Source: a virus. Taken from it: DNA of 64,000 nucleotides. A model generated the notes under the pieces. That model saw nothing but the letters and a program-made list of their open reading frames with translations, was not told where the DNA came from and did not search any database. This document shows positions 21,401-30,600 of the stretch, one piece after another. The translations under genes and the position numbers were made by a program. How positions within the stretch are numbered: position 1 is the stretch's first letter; every line of letters begins with the position of its first letter. The DNA is taken from IMG/VR virus record IMGVR_UViG_3300042444_000045, positions 1 through 64,000 of that record; one strand, written 5' to 3'.

Positions 21401-24400
21401 TTCTCATTGCTGATAATAGACACTGCTGCATCTAAGGCTCCTTTCTTTTCATAAGTAGTATCAATAACTGTTGACAGCAAAGAGTCTAGTGACTCAATAA
21501 CAGTAGCAGAGTCTACATCATCAAGAGCATCCTCTTGATTGTTGTTAACTTGTTCTATACCACGATTGAGCTCATCAAGTGCTACATTACTGATTAGTGG
21601 AGTATAGTTGTTGAGTAACTTAGGATTCTTAGATGCAAAGTATAAGTTCTGGAATAACTCACCAGCAACACCTTCTGTTGCAAGTTCTTCTCCTCTAATT
21701 AAATCAGCTGTAGTAGGTTTAGTTTTAAAGAAGCTCTTAAGGAAGTTAAGTATTCTCCTAAAGATTGAGTTTCTCTTTGGTTGTCCCTTAATTACTTTAG
21801 GGTTTAGTGCATAAGATCTAAAGTCCTCTGCTAACATTTCTTCCACCTGTCGTGCACTAAGCTTAGCATACTCAGGTTTTAGTTTCCTAACTTCATTATA
21901 TAATGCAGTTTTCTCTGCTTTTGTTAAGAATAACTGAGAGAATACATGCCATGCTTCATGATATGTATCTACCATTGTACCACCAGTAGTAGGATTAATC
22001 AAGATAGCACCCATTTTACCATCAAGGTCTAGGCTCATATCTGTGATCAATTTTGCACCAGATGCTACAAACTTACCATACACATTAGAGTTTACAATAT
22101 TAGCAGCAGGAAACAGTTTAATATACTTAGCAAGTGGAGAGTTCTTCCACCACTTAATTGCATTTTCTATTTGTGCTGCAGTAACTCCATTTGGTAGGCT
22201 AGCTGATCTGTCAAGTTCAAAGCCATCAATTAGATCACTAATATCTGTTGAATCCTCAGGTTGAGGAGTGTTTTGTGGGTTTGTAATATTTACATCACCA
22301 GCTTTAGCCTGATCCTCTGTTCCAGTTTTACTAAATGGTTCTACGGATTCCACAGCTTCATCTTCAGCTGCTCTCTCTGCAGTTACAGTTTGAACAGGAA
22401 CAGGTTCTCTTCTAGGTTCATTAGCTTTAAAATCTCTTTCAGCAAGAGATCCCATATCATAGATTCTACCCTCTACTTCAGTATATGCTTTTACAACATC
22501 TTTAAATAGGAACCCATTATCAATTACGTCCTTGACTTCAAGATAAATTCTATCACCTACTTTTGCCTTACTACTTAGATAGAACTTATGTACTCCCTCT
22601 TGACCATCTATTCTTACATCTAGTGTATAGGTTGGTATTCCATCTTGAGTTTGAGTTTCTCTAACTTCTACTACTTCTGCAGTAATGCTTTTTGGTTCAG
22701 CAAATAGAATTACTTCAACCATATTATCCTTAAACTTACGGACTTCAGATCTGGTATCTATTTCTTCAGCTTGCTCATTAGTGATCTCAGAAAGTACACC
22801 AGCTGGAGGACTAAACTTGATATATGCATTAAACAGTGGAACACCTTCTTTGCTCAAGAATATTTGACCATCTTGTTGTCTTAAAAAGTCTATGTAGTTT
22901 TTCTCTACAAACTCTCCATTTACATAGTCCGAGTATGTACCTAAGTTTATAAGACTCTGATTATAGTCAAACTTGGCTGGATAGTACTTTCCACTTGCAG
23001 AAGTCTTGCCCTTCATGAGAATATCAAAGATCTGGTCTTTGTTGCTCTTTGCAAGGTTTGCATTTTCTAAGTCAAGTGTTTTGGATGGGTTATCTTTTAT
23101 GCTACTCAGTTCAACTTGTTTTCCTGTGAACTCATAGTATTCAAATGTTAATACACCAGTGTCTTTATCAAAGTATACCTGGTGTCTTCTAGTTGAATTA
23201 GGAATGTCAGTTATTTCTTTTGCATAGAACTGAGTATAAAAGTTAAACTTCTGTGTTGGACTTAGTTGATCTGAAGTTAGTACCTCAGCTATTTTTGTAG
23301 CTAAGTCTTCTTGGATATCAGATCTATCTAGTTTTAATATTCTACCAACACCACTACCAAGCTTGATTACAGTTGTACCTGCATCAAAACCATAGGCCGG
23401 TGCATCTAAAGTCTGTATGTTACCAAGAATTAAATCACTAAGAGTTTTACCATTAGATTCTTGGGCATAGAATGATTCAAGCTGATTTAGTGTTAGATTC
23501 TTAATAGTAGTATTAGATACACCCTCACTAGCCCCAGTAATAGGAAGAATAAACTTCTCACCTTTGATTAACTTCTGTCTTAAATCATATAACTGTTTAG
23601 CCTCTGCTTGTTGTTCTGCTTCAATTTCTTTAGCAAACTCTTGTATAGTTTTACCAGTTTTTTCTTTAAATTCAATAGGGGTTGAGTATCCCTGTTCTTT
23701 CATTCTTAGTCTAGCTTCTTCTCCCGGTAAGATGAGTTTGTTCTCTGCACCGTACATGTTAGTAACTATGTACTTACCTGAGCCATCTTGTCTTACTTCT
23801 CTAAGAGTCTGATAAACATACTTGCCATTTTCTTTGGTAGTAATATTACCATCTTCATCAAAGTAGAGTGGATTACCTTGTTTATCTGAAACAACAAGCA
23901 TGAACACCTCACTTGGTAGAGTTACATTTCCAGTAGCAGTACCCTGTTTGTTAATAGAGTTCATTCTAACTAGAAGATCAGATGTTTCTTTTGTCATCTG
24001 AGCATCTGGCATCTTGTTAAGTGCAACTGGAACAAGAGTGATTTCCTGTCCCTGATATACAGGATTACCTAAGGTTGTGTCAAACTGAAAAGTAGTTCTA
24101 TGTATTCTAGAGATTGTATTGTATATTCTTGTTTTATCTCTGTCAAGTCTTTCTACAGTGGTTTTTGTTTTCTTTGTTGGGTCTAGAGTTATAAATTCCT
24201 GACCTGTTCCAGAGAAAATTGTTCTACTCTTTAATTCAGCTTCATCAATCTCAGCATCTGGATCAATTGGATCTGACGTAGTCCCTACGGGATTGTTTGC
24301 TTTATAGTTAGCCTTTGCAGCTAGTTGTTCTGGAGTAAGTGGTGCAAGACCTAAATATTCTTCAATAGCAGCTAAACCTGTATCAGCATTTCTAAAAGCT

Positions 24401-24669
24401 CTTGTAATTTCTCTGAGCTTCTCAATAGGCATGTTTAGTGTTAAGTCCCCACCTAGTTGTGCTTCTACACTACCTATGATATAAGGTATCTGTTGGATAT
24501 ACTGTATTGCTGTATCTCTTCCCTGGGCTTTTTCAAAACCACTGTACATGTAATTTATGTACTGGTTTACATCAAAAGTTTCTCCGGCAGGAGTAGTGAG
24601 CATCTTTTTATAGACAGCATCTAAGAGTTTGATAATATTATCACGACCAAGGGTACAAGTAATTGCCAT
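12457..24669 (-). CDS. Virion-associated RNA polymerase polyprotein (crAss-like), with zincin, ART-like and ASCH-like domains
   Basis: Catalytic DFDVD at 17089-17103, preceded by RIPVQGLNSM. Beta-like motifs ADGQGY, PVYK, HKFA and ESGSKVG. HEAWH at 21946-21960. This matches the phi14:2 gp66-type two-barrel RNAP layout. Confidence 0.88.
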   Translation of the reverse strand: MAITCTLGRDNIIKLLDAVYKKMLTTPAGETFDVNQYINYMYSGFEKAQGRDTAIQYIQQIPYIIGSVEAQLGGDLTLNMPIEKLREITRAFRNADTGLAAIEEYLGLAPLTPEQLAAKANYKANNPVGTTSDPIDPDAEIDEAELKSRTIFSGTGQEFITLDPTKKTKTTVERLDRDKTRIYNTISRIHRTTFQFDTTLGNPVYQGQEITLVPVALNKMPDAQMTKETSDLLVRMNSINKQGTATGNVTLPSEVFMLVVSDKQGNPLYFDEDGNITTKENGKYVYQTLREVRQDGSGKYIVTNMYGAENKLILPGEEARLRMKEQGYSTPIEFKEKTGKTIQEFAKEIEAEQQAEAKQLYDLRQKLIKGEKFILPITGASEGVSNTTIKNLTLNQLESFYAQESNGKTLSDLILGNIQTLDAPAYGFDAGTTVIKLGSGVGRILKLDRSDIQEDLATKIAEVLTSDQLSPTQKFNFYTQFYAKEITDIPNSTRRHQVYFDKDTGVLTFEYYEFTGKQVELSSIKDNPSKTLDLENANLAKSNKDQIFDILMKGKTSASGKYYPAKFDYNQSLINLGTYSDYVNGEFVEKNYIDFLRQQDGQIFLSKEGVPLFNAYIKFSPPAGVLSEITNEQAEEIDTRSEVRKFKDNMVEVILFAEPKSITAEVVEVRETQTQDGIPTYTLDVRIDGQEGVHKFYLSSKAKVGDRIYLEVKDVIDNGFLFKDVVKAYTEVEGRIYDMGSLAERDFKANEPRREPVPVQTVTAERAAEDEAVESVEPFSKTGTEDQAKAGDVNITNPQNTPQPEDSTDISDLIDGFELDRSASLPNGVTAAQIENAIKWWKNSPLAKYIKLFPAANIVNSNVYGKFVASGAKLITDMSLDLDGKMGAILINPTTGGTMVDTYHEAWHVFSQLFLTKAEKTALYNEVRKLKPEYAKLSARQVEEMLAEDFRSYALNPKVIKGQPKRNSIFRRILNFLKSFFKTKPTTADLIRGEELATEGVAGELFQNLYFASKNPKLLNNYTPLISNVALDELNRGIEQVNNNQEDALDDVDSATVIESLDSLLSTVIDTTYEKKGALDAAVSIISNENNKSQFFDFAKKKFLKDIENIQGQLNVKPTVSFNSFETLQNLEDNAIAIIRSSEGDDKYIFLKGQVEDFSNLNLDTKSGERIKGELYKGTIEIIGDYYSHKTIKSKDKDAVDIIIVNSIEEAQAQFDAYKDAEEDSFTDIELFHDRTVDAFEVDYDQAVLLDNLRILQSARDNWEKVIEYFKEKSSFNIMTKKVRIQETDPENDTQDEDAQLDATKAQNFDKGADVNLLEIADKEVVYILKSLFAVTRDSKGKPVYEYNKLGYKKLANYKKVWNAVVRATNSTKDPRQMFKNIQEAARTYPELEQLIKYRLPNPQSIRAEGTVGNPMRSFGIVTSFWSVFSLPRVPYMQLTVFRNQYETFDSKGNTIVTNSETTGVEVTNASTDIGNTIRKFEASFAARLDSAFTRRDSDNNTTLKLDAIVQQFSDKSGEFKSGSEFLFLNAMGFNLDDLGKIKEELSDPNNRKYFGVNYIFDTIRDLNNAQKAGSMTDGARRVLNNFMRNPISTLRAGIDPGVIGLKNSFVFEKGSKQSTQIDRIVNLQNKLGSTASTFSVQNPEKNRVNEHVNDSSLTVITDSINTALQRTDMYKFGSTARHLDPSMNPFAESSLAIRSMFLPEGSQRPGRSISVEMISGTQTVNSIIDPYGNIRDGAVTGSNTTSLDKRGKFIQDMHTFLKTGRIELMRPGSKSSSFGWRIDGGIATNAIGKIDQHLYVDINSLQPNTAGEADIIEGIMIPYLSSELKRINIYNESSEAKNYVGYNREFKNGKTFGQSFNYFDGILTEDTQNEILEKVKSPGTRLQDYLKTDPELAKKIKAEIKGYFTNKTNELYNYLKQAPFIDKTLMDRLKLNNLTTEQKEKTLVKAFMYNYWIHNMETSILFLGDIAQYDHKKQELHKRISGLISNGPRLRTDVDAQRFSEYLGESSYAASENITPIMYKGYANTVIMQEVQRDSIYLDPIRKGLTADYERRYKTRNIPNKEALIKERVQKEVDKYTKGEIKEADGQGYITFDAYRLYKKLQNKWSDAQENLFQRIVRREDIKASEIIEMFPVYKLQNFGFVEDTVLPVTAMHKFALMPIIPGVFGPQMDSLHRQMMEKGVHYATFESGSKVGHVAPSGSKADIVFEDAAQTILKEDIKFTINTIHAGFLKEAASVNSKYKGETVFSTQLRALITSGLYQQGDLINKNYAPIVNEYKDTVDFYTELLKYELENEIEYNKDGDRLVGKPDKFLKLIRENLERKDYPEHLLRQLQTNSDGTLKGDLSYFIDRKTIEKTVLSIVEKRFVRQYVKGEPLVQIASTFSNGLVTGGPRFEKPTDAERKKFLGTNNLPFYHPGENGKTNAMKVAIALQGDFANLLNLKHIDGKPIETRQRLNEMIKNEKWLDTEDNRKKITLTAVRIPVQGLNSMEFMEVHEFLDPAASNLIMLPTEIVAKSGGDFDVDKLTTFFPNIDKNGNLYKAPASNKDFMAEANKIKDKKARKNFIKQQKLATQNQFIDSIRSILELPENYAPLVRPNDTYILKDLADKLQDDVSTYDKFTKQNGEINMKGNKKILSPTTTLEPLYNLAKHEENLVGKAVLGIAAIENKLSPMFDAAGGKMPLTYKATKYVNGRYVVDTKNPADYDMRLNVRHNKIGDHISISDTDTADGIDRIADVFSQGMNGWVDVEKDEWIFYIQGNYEIAPTFLYLIKAGVPVKDAAYFVSQPMIREYAEQQRLIGGDYGSILGIAPSASQFTRFQSARDVVNKYTAKYLYAIMDGVRPDTEFSVEFRPVENYTEKPKPIMTNVNKRQLAIEIQRGNINPLEIMRVYQTRGPKKVDIYFAPDLRNQLYYEATGFALSKAERVDGNFSVDMMQNIIESKKNVNDLSNPEIISEMAMFLHFYEIQKQLMGLSAMKRLLKPDTKTFNNFQQVYLEEVNRDLLDEDSKIDQESRRRLFSQSIVSSLFDKTIITDVAAPMMDLVNNEITNKAIREIIATRDLSSFGTGTDGVVAFIDAYKDAIVTFIYQNYLSNSVDAKGNLISVPEEYRKLKITNSKALNNDVVYTNEGITINLNNIKRDYKEKVYLANSEAGTAYKNRDGLKPFNSSEDPFTTEEQYIRYVLERAYQETQGLKDLQLNQVSLMNVYNPNALTKNSEYSYTKMILDLVDEFPGLRSEYPVLEQLSARVSRDSYLLTLNDRDVADGSTKSQYAANIRALGNPRIQKVKGDANARISAIFGLLPKIAVYQHGNGITPFGLEQVVPQETVITATKNAGDLFKVNYWNQKTLNLIFDKLVSSENNRKLFKNFLVTPVQIGNPANVTIPVEPSFDPEETAVAAKLPTSTQEQPGVKQGVEELFRLRPELAAIGTPQQYTEYINTIFPGSAVKDILYHGTYEFFEEFIKDKRGSNTGSGTMTDKKRGETFNTDSENAFFFTDNIDTALNYSFLGRYNYVEGIRGALNRIVLKSSDAQEAVNFLKTIPFFDNLIKKAKADGKTNAEILDILRDVNKNIYRRIDTMDVPGFVNSAVNAKQSIEQFTVFLENVDKFKSNDPTIKTRFGDFNSTNASNSSGKYNIYYEKDRGYLFVQSGNAKQNTPTKRALSSELSVEEITEFFKSAIEADKKVLANRAEEIKKKGYIENYMPVLVDIKNPLVHDYENSPFPDTYKDTKYPTQYIAARQVATAIKEGNDAVVYQNMRDPILATSYGIFEPEQIHILGSTKDLKQFGDFINGKSTTEPVVKELPSIPMMQESIDGIINGTKVITGRTAKLENGNYIMPNGGIVKVTYLGEATVEPKTGTVTITNSETGMVVTRTLDQFAKAEGYKDAADFKKRSILSASLISGKRSRFIYQIEPVNNVTAVREAAPSAPVTGQLSPETNPEITEFNTYLAENNNVFPKEFNASNGRRYLLNDNNLYDLVSPDGKTMYLRNINLKTGQVESVLEPTVQVTRERKIQAIKDINDMIVFMSLDLKMAEDGYNVYQMMEDISNATSMTEIERIEEIIRKYTC

Positions 24670-24672
24670 TGA

Positions 24673-27600
24673 TTAACAAATTTTTGAATTAAACACATCA
24701 CTTTCTAGATCTTCAATCTTAGCATCTTTGATTCTATCTTCAACATTATTTATTTCTGTTTTAATAACCTCTTGTGCTAGATCAGAACTTTCTTTTAAAA
24801 CTGCTTTTGTATCTTCAGTTTGTTCTACAACTGGTGCCTGTGGTTTAATTGCTGTGCTCATTTGTGTTTGAGAAGTTAATTGATTGAAAGTAATAAAGAT
24901 ACTGCTTTTCCCATTGATCTTGCTAACTTCAACACCTTTACTTGAGATAGATGTAATGGTAATTGGGTCACCTTGAAGTGCCCAGAACATACCGTTATTA
25001 TCTGTCATAGTCTGTGTTACAACTCTGTTAGCATATTGCTCTTTTGGAATGCCGTTCTTTATAATATACTCAATTTCTGCTTTAGGTAAAAGATTAATTG
25101 TAGAATTACTATAACCCATTAGGTTTAATTGTTTTCTTAATTCATCTTGTATGTCAGTAGCAACTTTAATTCCTGTAACAGCCTGCGGACTATTTTGTAC
25201 TTGTTGTGGAGTAGATTGCTGTTCAATAAGAACTGCAGTAGCACCAACAGCATCCTGCGGAGTGATTTCTACACCAGATAGTACATCAATAGTTCTTGTA
25301 CTATTTCCCCCTGCATCATAGTCTAATGCTATTGGTAGTACAGCTAGAGTCTTAGCCTTTAGACCATGCGTATTGTTTAATAAAATTCTATACAATGACA
25401 ACTGTTCTGTATGCTGTTGACGTTTAGATTTACCACCAAATGACTTAGACTCATACTTAACTATGTTTTCACCAGCATATGTTTCAGCAAACTGATTACC
25501 TCTCATTGTTTTGATATCATAGATCCTTACATCACCATTTACATCAAATGTTAATAAGTCTACAGTACCTGCAATACCAAGTTCATCATTGTATAGTACA
25601 ACATTATTAGCTAAAACTATTTCTCCTCTTGCATCAAGAGAGGCTTTAATAGTCTCTAGTCTGGCTTTAAGTTTTTCTATTTCTTCAACTGGGGCAAATT
25701 TATATTTATTTAAGTCTTTGAGCTTACCTGAGAAAAAGTCTCTGATGTACTCATCAATTTCAGTACCAATAATCTGTGATGAAGCAAGAAGCATTTTTTG
25801 ATTAACATCCTTTTCTGAGTAACCAAGATCTGTTAGTCTCTTTCTGTATTCCTCCATGGATTCAGTATCTGACTTAGGATCTTTAATCTCATCTTCTTTA
25901 GTATAACTAGTAACTCGCATGTATTCTTTACCAGTTTTGGTATTTACATACTTGCTACCATCCTCTGTTAGTTTTATAAAGGATGCATTTCTAAGAACTT
26001 CTCGGATAGTACTTCTTACAGAATCAAGTTTTTGTTCTTGTACTGTAAGTGGTCTACCAGCCTTTTCACTAAGAGCTTGATCTAGATCAGCAATATCAGC
26101 AAGAGAGAATGTAGAGATAATAGTTTTTTCTTCTTCTTGTGCAAAAACTTCTTCAACAGTTTGTGCCCTTACTTCAGTAGGAGTTGGACTCTTAATGTCC
26201 CCGCTACTAATTGGTTCTCTAATAATATCTCCAGCAACAGGTTCAAGTAGATCATATAGATATCTAAGTTGATCTTGATATTTTTGAAGAGCTGCTTCCA
26301 ACTCCATCATTCTATTCTGTTCCTGTTCTCTAACCTCATCTATGAACTCTACATTGTCCATAGTAGTGTTGATATCCCTTTCTAGCTGGTTGACCTGTCT
26401 GCTAAGTTCTGCAAATCCCTCTACCTTCATTTTACTGATGTCATCAGTAGCACGAATTAGTTCACCCAGATTAGCAGAAACTTCTTCATATCCGGTATTC
26501 TTTTTAAGTTTAGAAAGTGCAGAGTTTTGTTTTTTCCAGATACCTAGATACTCTTTTAAGTACTCTGTAGATCTTGCAATAGCATTTCTAAGAATCTCAA
26601 TCAGTCTCTGGATTGTACCCATCTTTTTCTCAATCTTCTTGATCTTATTGCGGATATCAGTTTTAGTAAATAGATCAAACTTAGGATCAGCTAATAGGTT
26701 TCTATAGTAGTCAGCCTGTTTTTTGAGATCTCTTCTAATAGCAGCTAGTTGTTCCTGTTGTTGTTTTAGTTCACGAACTCTATTCATGATGTCATTAGCA
26801 ATGGCAAACTCTCTTCTAAGTTGTTGTTTATAGAGACCTGATCTTTCTTTAATCTTACCAGATCTTTTTTTCTGATTAGCTTTGAGAAGTTGTGCTGTAG
26901 TTTTATCAAGTTGCTCTATCTTGTTTATTAGATCTTCAACTTGTATACCAGTTAATTCTACAGTGTTATCAAGTAATTGTTGTAGATATTCCAGTGTATC
27001 AGCTATCTCAGCCTCTTCTTTTTCAATTAGCTTTTTCTTCTCTTCAACTAGATCAATTCTTCTTTGTAGAGCTTGTTCTGCTAGCTTCTTACGTGCAGCA
27101 GTTTCAGCAGCAAGTTGTTCAGTATCAGAAGAAAATTCTTTTTCGGTAGCCTTAACTTCTTTTCCATATGCTTCTACATCAGCAATATATCTTCTCAGAC
27201 GTTTGATATTAAGCTCATCTATAAGTAGATCTTCTTTCTCCTCATCTGTTAGTTCTTTCTGTGATCTAATAGCATACTGTGATTCTAAATCAGCAAGAAT
27301 TTCTTTGGCCTGTTCTAATGTGTACATAGCCATGTCCATCTCCTTACCATTGTAATCAATGATAGGTGCTATAATGTTTATGGCTTGTTCCTCAAGTTTT
27401 CTACCCTGCATCTCTGCATTGTAGTTTTCAATAACTGTTTTAGCCCTTGGGCTTGTTCTTACAAAATCCTCAAACTTATCAAGAAGCTGTTCATCAGTTA
27501 ATTCAGCATAGGCTTCTACCAATGGCACACCATTTTCATCTTTGTTGATATAGTTTCCATTTTCATCTGTTTCTGCTAAGAAGTCATTGAACTCAACTTG

Positions 27601-30600
27601 TAAATCTGTATATAAACCTCTATCTAATTGGTCAAGTGGTGTGTTTACTGTAAATGGTATGAAGTCTTCTGTCTTGACCTGAGGTGTGGATTCTATATCA
27701 TCAATAGCTTTACGGATAGCTTCTTCTCTTTTTTGAGCAAACTTGTTCTTGATCTTCTGTGCTTCAATTACATCAGCAGGAACTCTTTCTACAGTAAAGA
27801 TTTTACCATCTACAATATCATATGAAAGCTGTAGTACATCAATTACCTCACCATTCTTATCATTAAACTTAATTATCTCACCATCTTTATAGACTATCAG
27901 CTCATTTGGTTGTCCATCTACTAAGTAGAATGCAGTAAGAGTATCTCCACTCTGCAATTGATTAGCAACTTCAGATAACTTTACAGTTTTCTTACCAAGC
28001 ATGTCAAGACTACCTCTCTCTTTCCTTTGTTCTTTTTGTGGTAGAGCAGCTAGCTCTTCTTGTTCCTGAACAGCTAGTTGCATTAATTCCATGCCCAATC
28101 TCTCATTGGTATCTTTTCTAGCTTTTGGATTAAGATTTTTTAGTTTAACAGCCTCTAAGAATAGAAGAGCATATTGATCATATTCTGGACTACCTCTTCT
28201 AATAACTACTTTTCTGCCATTATCAAAGAATTCATCCGGGATCTTATTGTTTCTACGGAACTCATAGATATCATCAGCACTAACATAGATATTCTTATCA
28301 GCTAGTTCATTAAGAAGAGCATTGAGTTCTATGTCACTGAGTTCTTGATTTACAAGTTCATCATAGTATTGTTTTCTATTCTGATATGCTTGGGTCATCC
28401 ATGCATAGTTCCTTTCAACATGGTCGAGAAACTCATTTGGATTGTACAGTAAGTTAATGTACTTGTTTAGAGTAGATACCTCTCTACCTAGTCTATAGTT
28501 ATCTAAGATGTATTCAAATGCCTTGTCAGCATTTTTTTCTAAGTACTCATCTTTTCTTACATCAGCAATTGACTTCAGATATTCCTTATATGCAAGTTCT
28601 AAATCTGATTCAGCTCTTGTTGTATTCTGATCATTTTTTTCTTTTATATTGTATCTCTTTTGGAGAATCTCTCTTGTTCTTGCTTCTGCTTCTTCTTCAT
28701 CAAGGACAACACCTTCATCTGATACATTCTTAAACATGCCCTGTTCGCGCATATTAGAGATTGTAGCCTCTAGTTCAGCACTATCGTATCTGTAGTAGTA
28801 CTCTACTTTATCCTGTAGGTCCTGCATAGCAGCAAGAACTCTTTCTTTTTTCTTTAGCTCGGCAGCAGAAACTAAACCCTTACTAGATTCAATTTCAGTT
28901 TTAAGCATACCAATTTCAGAAGTAAGCCTATCTGTATCAAATAGAACCATTAGTTCTGTATCAGACATCTTATTTAGTGGCTTCTCAGATCTAACTGTTG
29001 TAGCCATCTTGTCCATTCTATTCTTATGTCTTCTATGAGTCTGACCTAAGAATATAACATTGTTTCTACTAGTATCCCAGGCTGACAGATATAGAGCAGC
29101 TTTGTTATAAGCTTCTGTACCCTTTTTGTAACCTGCTAGATCTACGGGATCCGGATACCTTTCATTGTTTTCCTTGTAATCTACTTCTATTTCATCTATT
29201 CTTTGTAGAACAGAATCAATCTTAGATAAAGATTTTTTACCAGTTCCCTTTTCAAGTTTAAAGGCATCCTCAAATTCTGCTTCTGTTAAGTTTTTATATG
29301 AGGCAATTTGTTCTTTAAAAGCTCCAATAGAGTTTGTCATCATAGCTGTAATAACAGCAGAAGTAAATGCTCTATCTGAAGCATCAATAGTAAGCTTTCT
29401 AGAACCAGAACCCTTCATCTTAGTTGCATCTTCTTGGATTGCTAGATTTAAGAGCTTCTGATTTATTACATTTATAGGATCTTTAAACAAGTTGTTGTTA
29501 AGTGTAGCAGCAAGTTTCTCACCATAAGCATTTTTACTCTCAATGTACTTCTGGTATTTTTCAGGTTTAAATAATCTATTATAACTCTTGGATACAAATC
29601 CAGGAACCATGTTCATACCACCACCAAAAATACCCATGACAAATCCAGTAGCAAAAGTTTCAAAACCTTTTTCTGTAAATGGATTCTGTTCAGACCATGC
29701 ATCTGAATAGTATGAGTATTTACTTCTCATACCTTCTGTCTGTGCAGCCCTAGCAAATAGGTGGCTCTTTACAGCCTGACTATTATACATGTCTACATAG
29801 TAGTTTTCTGTTGCTTGAGCAATAGTTTCCTGAGCATTTTCCTGAAGACCTTCTGCAACATTTGCTCTAGTATATCTACCAGCAGCACCTAATGTTTTTT
29901 GTAGGGGTGCTTCTTTAAATGCTTTTATACTTTCTTTCCAACTGTTTTGAATATACTTGGCCTCAGCTTGAATAGCTTTACCACCTGCAATTTTAGTTGA
30001 CTCAGCTACAATTCTACCTTCTGCTGTGCGCATTAGATCTGCAGTCTTACCCTCAAGTAATCTACCAAACCCACCTTTTGGTTTAAAGATATTACCAAAA
30101 GTTATGTTGTTTGATAGGTACACAAGACCGGTATTCCACCCAATAGTTTCTGCAGATGCTTCTTTTGACATCTTACGCATCTTGTAATCTTCTTCATCAG
30201 AAGGAGCTCTACCATTCTTGTCCCAGTATTCATTGTAGAGTCTATCATACATGTTATTCTCTACAAGAGCACCTTCAAGTCTACCTTCAGAAAAGGCCGC
30301 ATTTAGGTTTCTAACATCTGCGTAAAAACCACCTGCAGTTTTAGATATTTTAGCTAGACCTGTTAGGTTATCAAACTTACCTATCTTAGATACATTACCG
30401 ATAGCATCAAAAGTATTACTAAGTGGGTTCCAAAATCTACCCGTTGGGGTATTAGCAGCCTTCCAGAAAGATCTAGCTGCTTCTGTATTCTTTAAACTTG
30501 TTAAAGACTTACCAAGTACATTGGCAAATCTATCCATGTAGAAGGCTTGTGAGAAACCTTTTCCTATTCTTGCTAAGTTACTTGCTGTTCTTGTAGCTGC

